This document shows, piece after piece, positions 62,412-64,000 of a stretch of DNA of 64,000 nucleotides; position 1 is the first letter of the stretch; each line of letters opens with the position of its first letter. Location: positions 1-64,000 of IMG/VR virus record IMGVR_UViG_3300021514_000002; one strand, given 5' to 3'. The notes under the pieces were generated by a model, which was not told where the DNA came from, searched no databases, and saw only the letters and a list, made by a program, of their open reading frames with translations. Source of the stretch: a virus (taxonomy: Duplodnaviria; Caudoviricetes). The translations under genes were made by a program, and so were the position numbers.

Positions 62412-63313
62412 TATATTTGAATCCCATGTTCACTAGTTCTGCTGTAATTTTCCAAGTCTTCCAACGCGGCGACAATTTTCTGACAATCGGCAGCGTAAAA
62501 ACCAGCAGAATTGATATTATTAATTTCAATAACTTTCATTCCAAGTGCAGTAACAGCAACATCCATAACAAACGCGTCTGCTGGAACACGCGTATCAGGA
62601 ATAATTTTACAATCTACCTTAGATTGCCATTCACCTATCATACGTTCACAGAACGCGTATACTTGTGGTTCAACATATTCATCTGATATTACTTGACTAC
62701 CACGTTTATATAAGCTTCCTGTTATAATGTTACCATCAACAATAAACATTCTGTATTCTGTTATAATATTTTTTGCACTAGAAATCATTATTTCTGTGTT
62801 TTTATGCAACAGGAGAAATTCATCAATCTCTTCAATTTTACTAATATCTTTTAACCATTCGTGTAATGCATCAATACTCATCACTTCACCCGAAAACGAT
62901 TTGTTATCATGAACAGGTCTTACAAATACATAATCATATGGTGGTATAGTTATATTTTTAATCAACCCAACACTTGCATCGCCATTTAAAATATTGTCTT
63001 TACCAAATCCATCACGCCATTTAGAAAAATCAAAATTTTCATTTAAATACGTACCCGGTGTCCATCCACGGGCTTTGGCTATACGTGTTAACGTTGTCGC
63101 ACCCATGACCATAATTTTCTGGTTAGTATCAATGAAAGGTTCTTCGACATCATCCACTTCTTGTGTCATGGAATCAAAGTCTGCTGGAACAAATTGATTA
63201 GTGAAAGGAATTGGTTTTATAACCAAATAATCAACTTGAAGTCGTTCTAAAGCTTCAATGAATCTAACGTAACCTGCTTCGTTGTATAAATCATTTTGTA
63301 CTACCCAAAACAT
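62411..63313 (-). CDS. ATP-grasp domain protein (DUF4343-like)
   Basis: FVRP..D.KSF.G, EYR.FIVDG, DVA, EINNINSAG.Y. Confidence 0.8.
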   Translation of the reverse strand: MFWVVQNDLYNEAGYVRFIEALERLQVDYLVIKPIPFTNQFVPADFDSMTQEVDDVEEPFIDTNQKIMVMGATTLTRIAKARGWTPGTYLNENFDFSKWRDGFGKDNILNGDASVGLIKNITIPPYDYVFVRPVHDNKSFSGEVMSIDALHEWLKDISKIEEIDEFLLLHKNTEIMISSAKNIITEYRMFIVDGNIITGSLYKRGSQVISDEYVEPQVYAFCERMIGEWQSKVDCKIIPDTRVPADAFVMDVAVTALGMKVIEINNINSAGFYAADCQKIVAALEDLENYSRTSEHGIQI

Positions 63314-63316
63314 ATT

Positions 63317-63526
63317 TTATTCTGCCTTTTTTAAATTTGCCACGCGTTTCGTTTCTGTTATTAGGAATGATTCAACGATTCCAAGAACTTCATCAATAGT
63401 ATCAACTGTATTAACCTCGTGTTGCTCTCCATCTACTTGCCAACGCACGTTTACAAAATATGAACCATCTACATTTAGTGCAATATCTATGTATTTGTCA
63501 TTTCCACACATTTTAATGTATTCCAA
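63317..63526 (-). CDS. Hypothetical protein
   Basis: AGGA SD, intact ORF. Confidence 0.6.
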   Translation of the reverse strand: MEYIKMCGNDKYIDIALNVDGSYFVNVRWQVDGEQHEVNTVDTIDEVLGIVESFLITETKRVANLKKAE

Positions 63527-63529
63527 TCC

Positions 63530-64000
63530 TTAACTATAAAAATGAACTAAACCGTATTGTACTTTAACAGATTTGCACTGTTTTTGCAAGGCGATAAGAA
63601 AATCTTCAAATTCAGTAGTGAAATTGGCAACCATTTCGGGGTTATTCTCAAGAACTGTACCACCCAATGATAAGTTATCCAATAAGAACGTTCCGTATTT
63701 GCCTTTGGTAAGGTTTTGTATTAACCAAGTTTTATCAGATGAATCAACATTGATATATCTAAAATCATCAATGTCTACAGGCAATAACCCATCGCTGTTT
63801 TCGTCTTCACCGTATACTAAATCAATATATGATTCTAGTTCTTCGATTGGATTGTTTGTAGATACTATTTCAGCACCACATTCACTACAAAATTTTTGTT
63901 TTGGAGATGTTACACGGTGACCATTTGGACAACTACGTGTAACATGATCAACAGTGTAAGAACGCATTTCTAATTCAATATAAGCGCCAAGGTATATTTC
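63530..64000 (-). CDS. Zinc-ribbon protein, 5'-truncated by the window edge
   Basis: Frame is open to 64000; CPNGH..FCSECG. Confidence 0.65.
   Translation of the reverse strand, partial: EIYLGAYIELEMRSYTVDHVTRSCPNGHRVTSPKQKFCSECGAEIVSTNNPIEELESYIDLVYGEDENSDGLLPVDIDDFRYINVDSSDKTWLIQNLTKGKYGTFLLDNLSLGGTVLENNPEMVANFTTEFEDFLIALQKQCKSVKVQYGLVHFYS

Noticed and set aside
1-64000. Genome-wide TAG reassignment (code 15)
   Set aside because: Nearly all genes are intact under code 11, some end at an unbacked TAG (4166, 52454), and no CTA-anticodon tRNA is in the window.
1-64000. CRISPR array
   Set aside because: The only recurring short sequences are tRNA T-arm/CCA ends; there are no regularly spaced identical repeats.

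Overview
AT-rich segment of a large (jumbo) T4-superfamily-like phage genome, almost all on the minus strand. The likely host is a Gram-negative gammaproteobacterium (host-like GroES, KdsA, FdxA and PagL; sigma70 promoters; T4-type ATAAATA late promoters; gp23- and gp55-like paralogs). Positions 2171-23552 hold a tRNA array of 30 canonical tRNAs for 15 amino acids, interleaved with homing endonucleases, RNA repair/modification genes and many non-canonical tRNA-like or structured RNAs. Three more tRNAs lie at 54.8-59.4 kb. The rest is accessory: RNA ligase 1, spanins, DNA methylases, NDT/NADAR enzymes, a glycan-modification cluster, Pth2 and a release factor. Highlights: (1) a leader-peptide attenuator upstream of the array whose first 36 codons use exactly the 15 amino acids the array has canonical tRNAs for; (2) a circularly permuted tRNA-Lys(UUU) gene clamped by a covarying RNA motif that recurs around a T-arm plus anticodon-arm mini-RNA; (3) in-frame stop codons in an RF1-like gene (TGA) and two other genes (TAG). 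All calls were made by eye; no database searches or folding programs were run.
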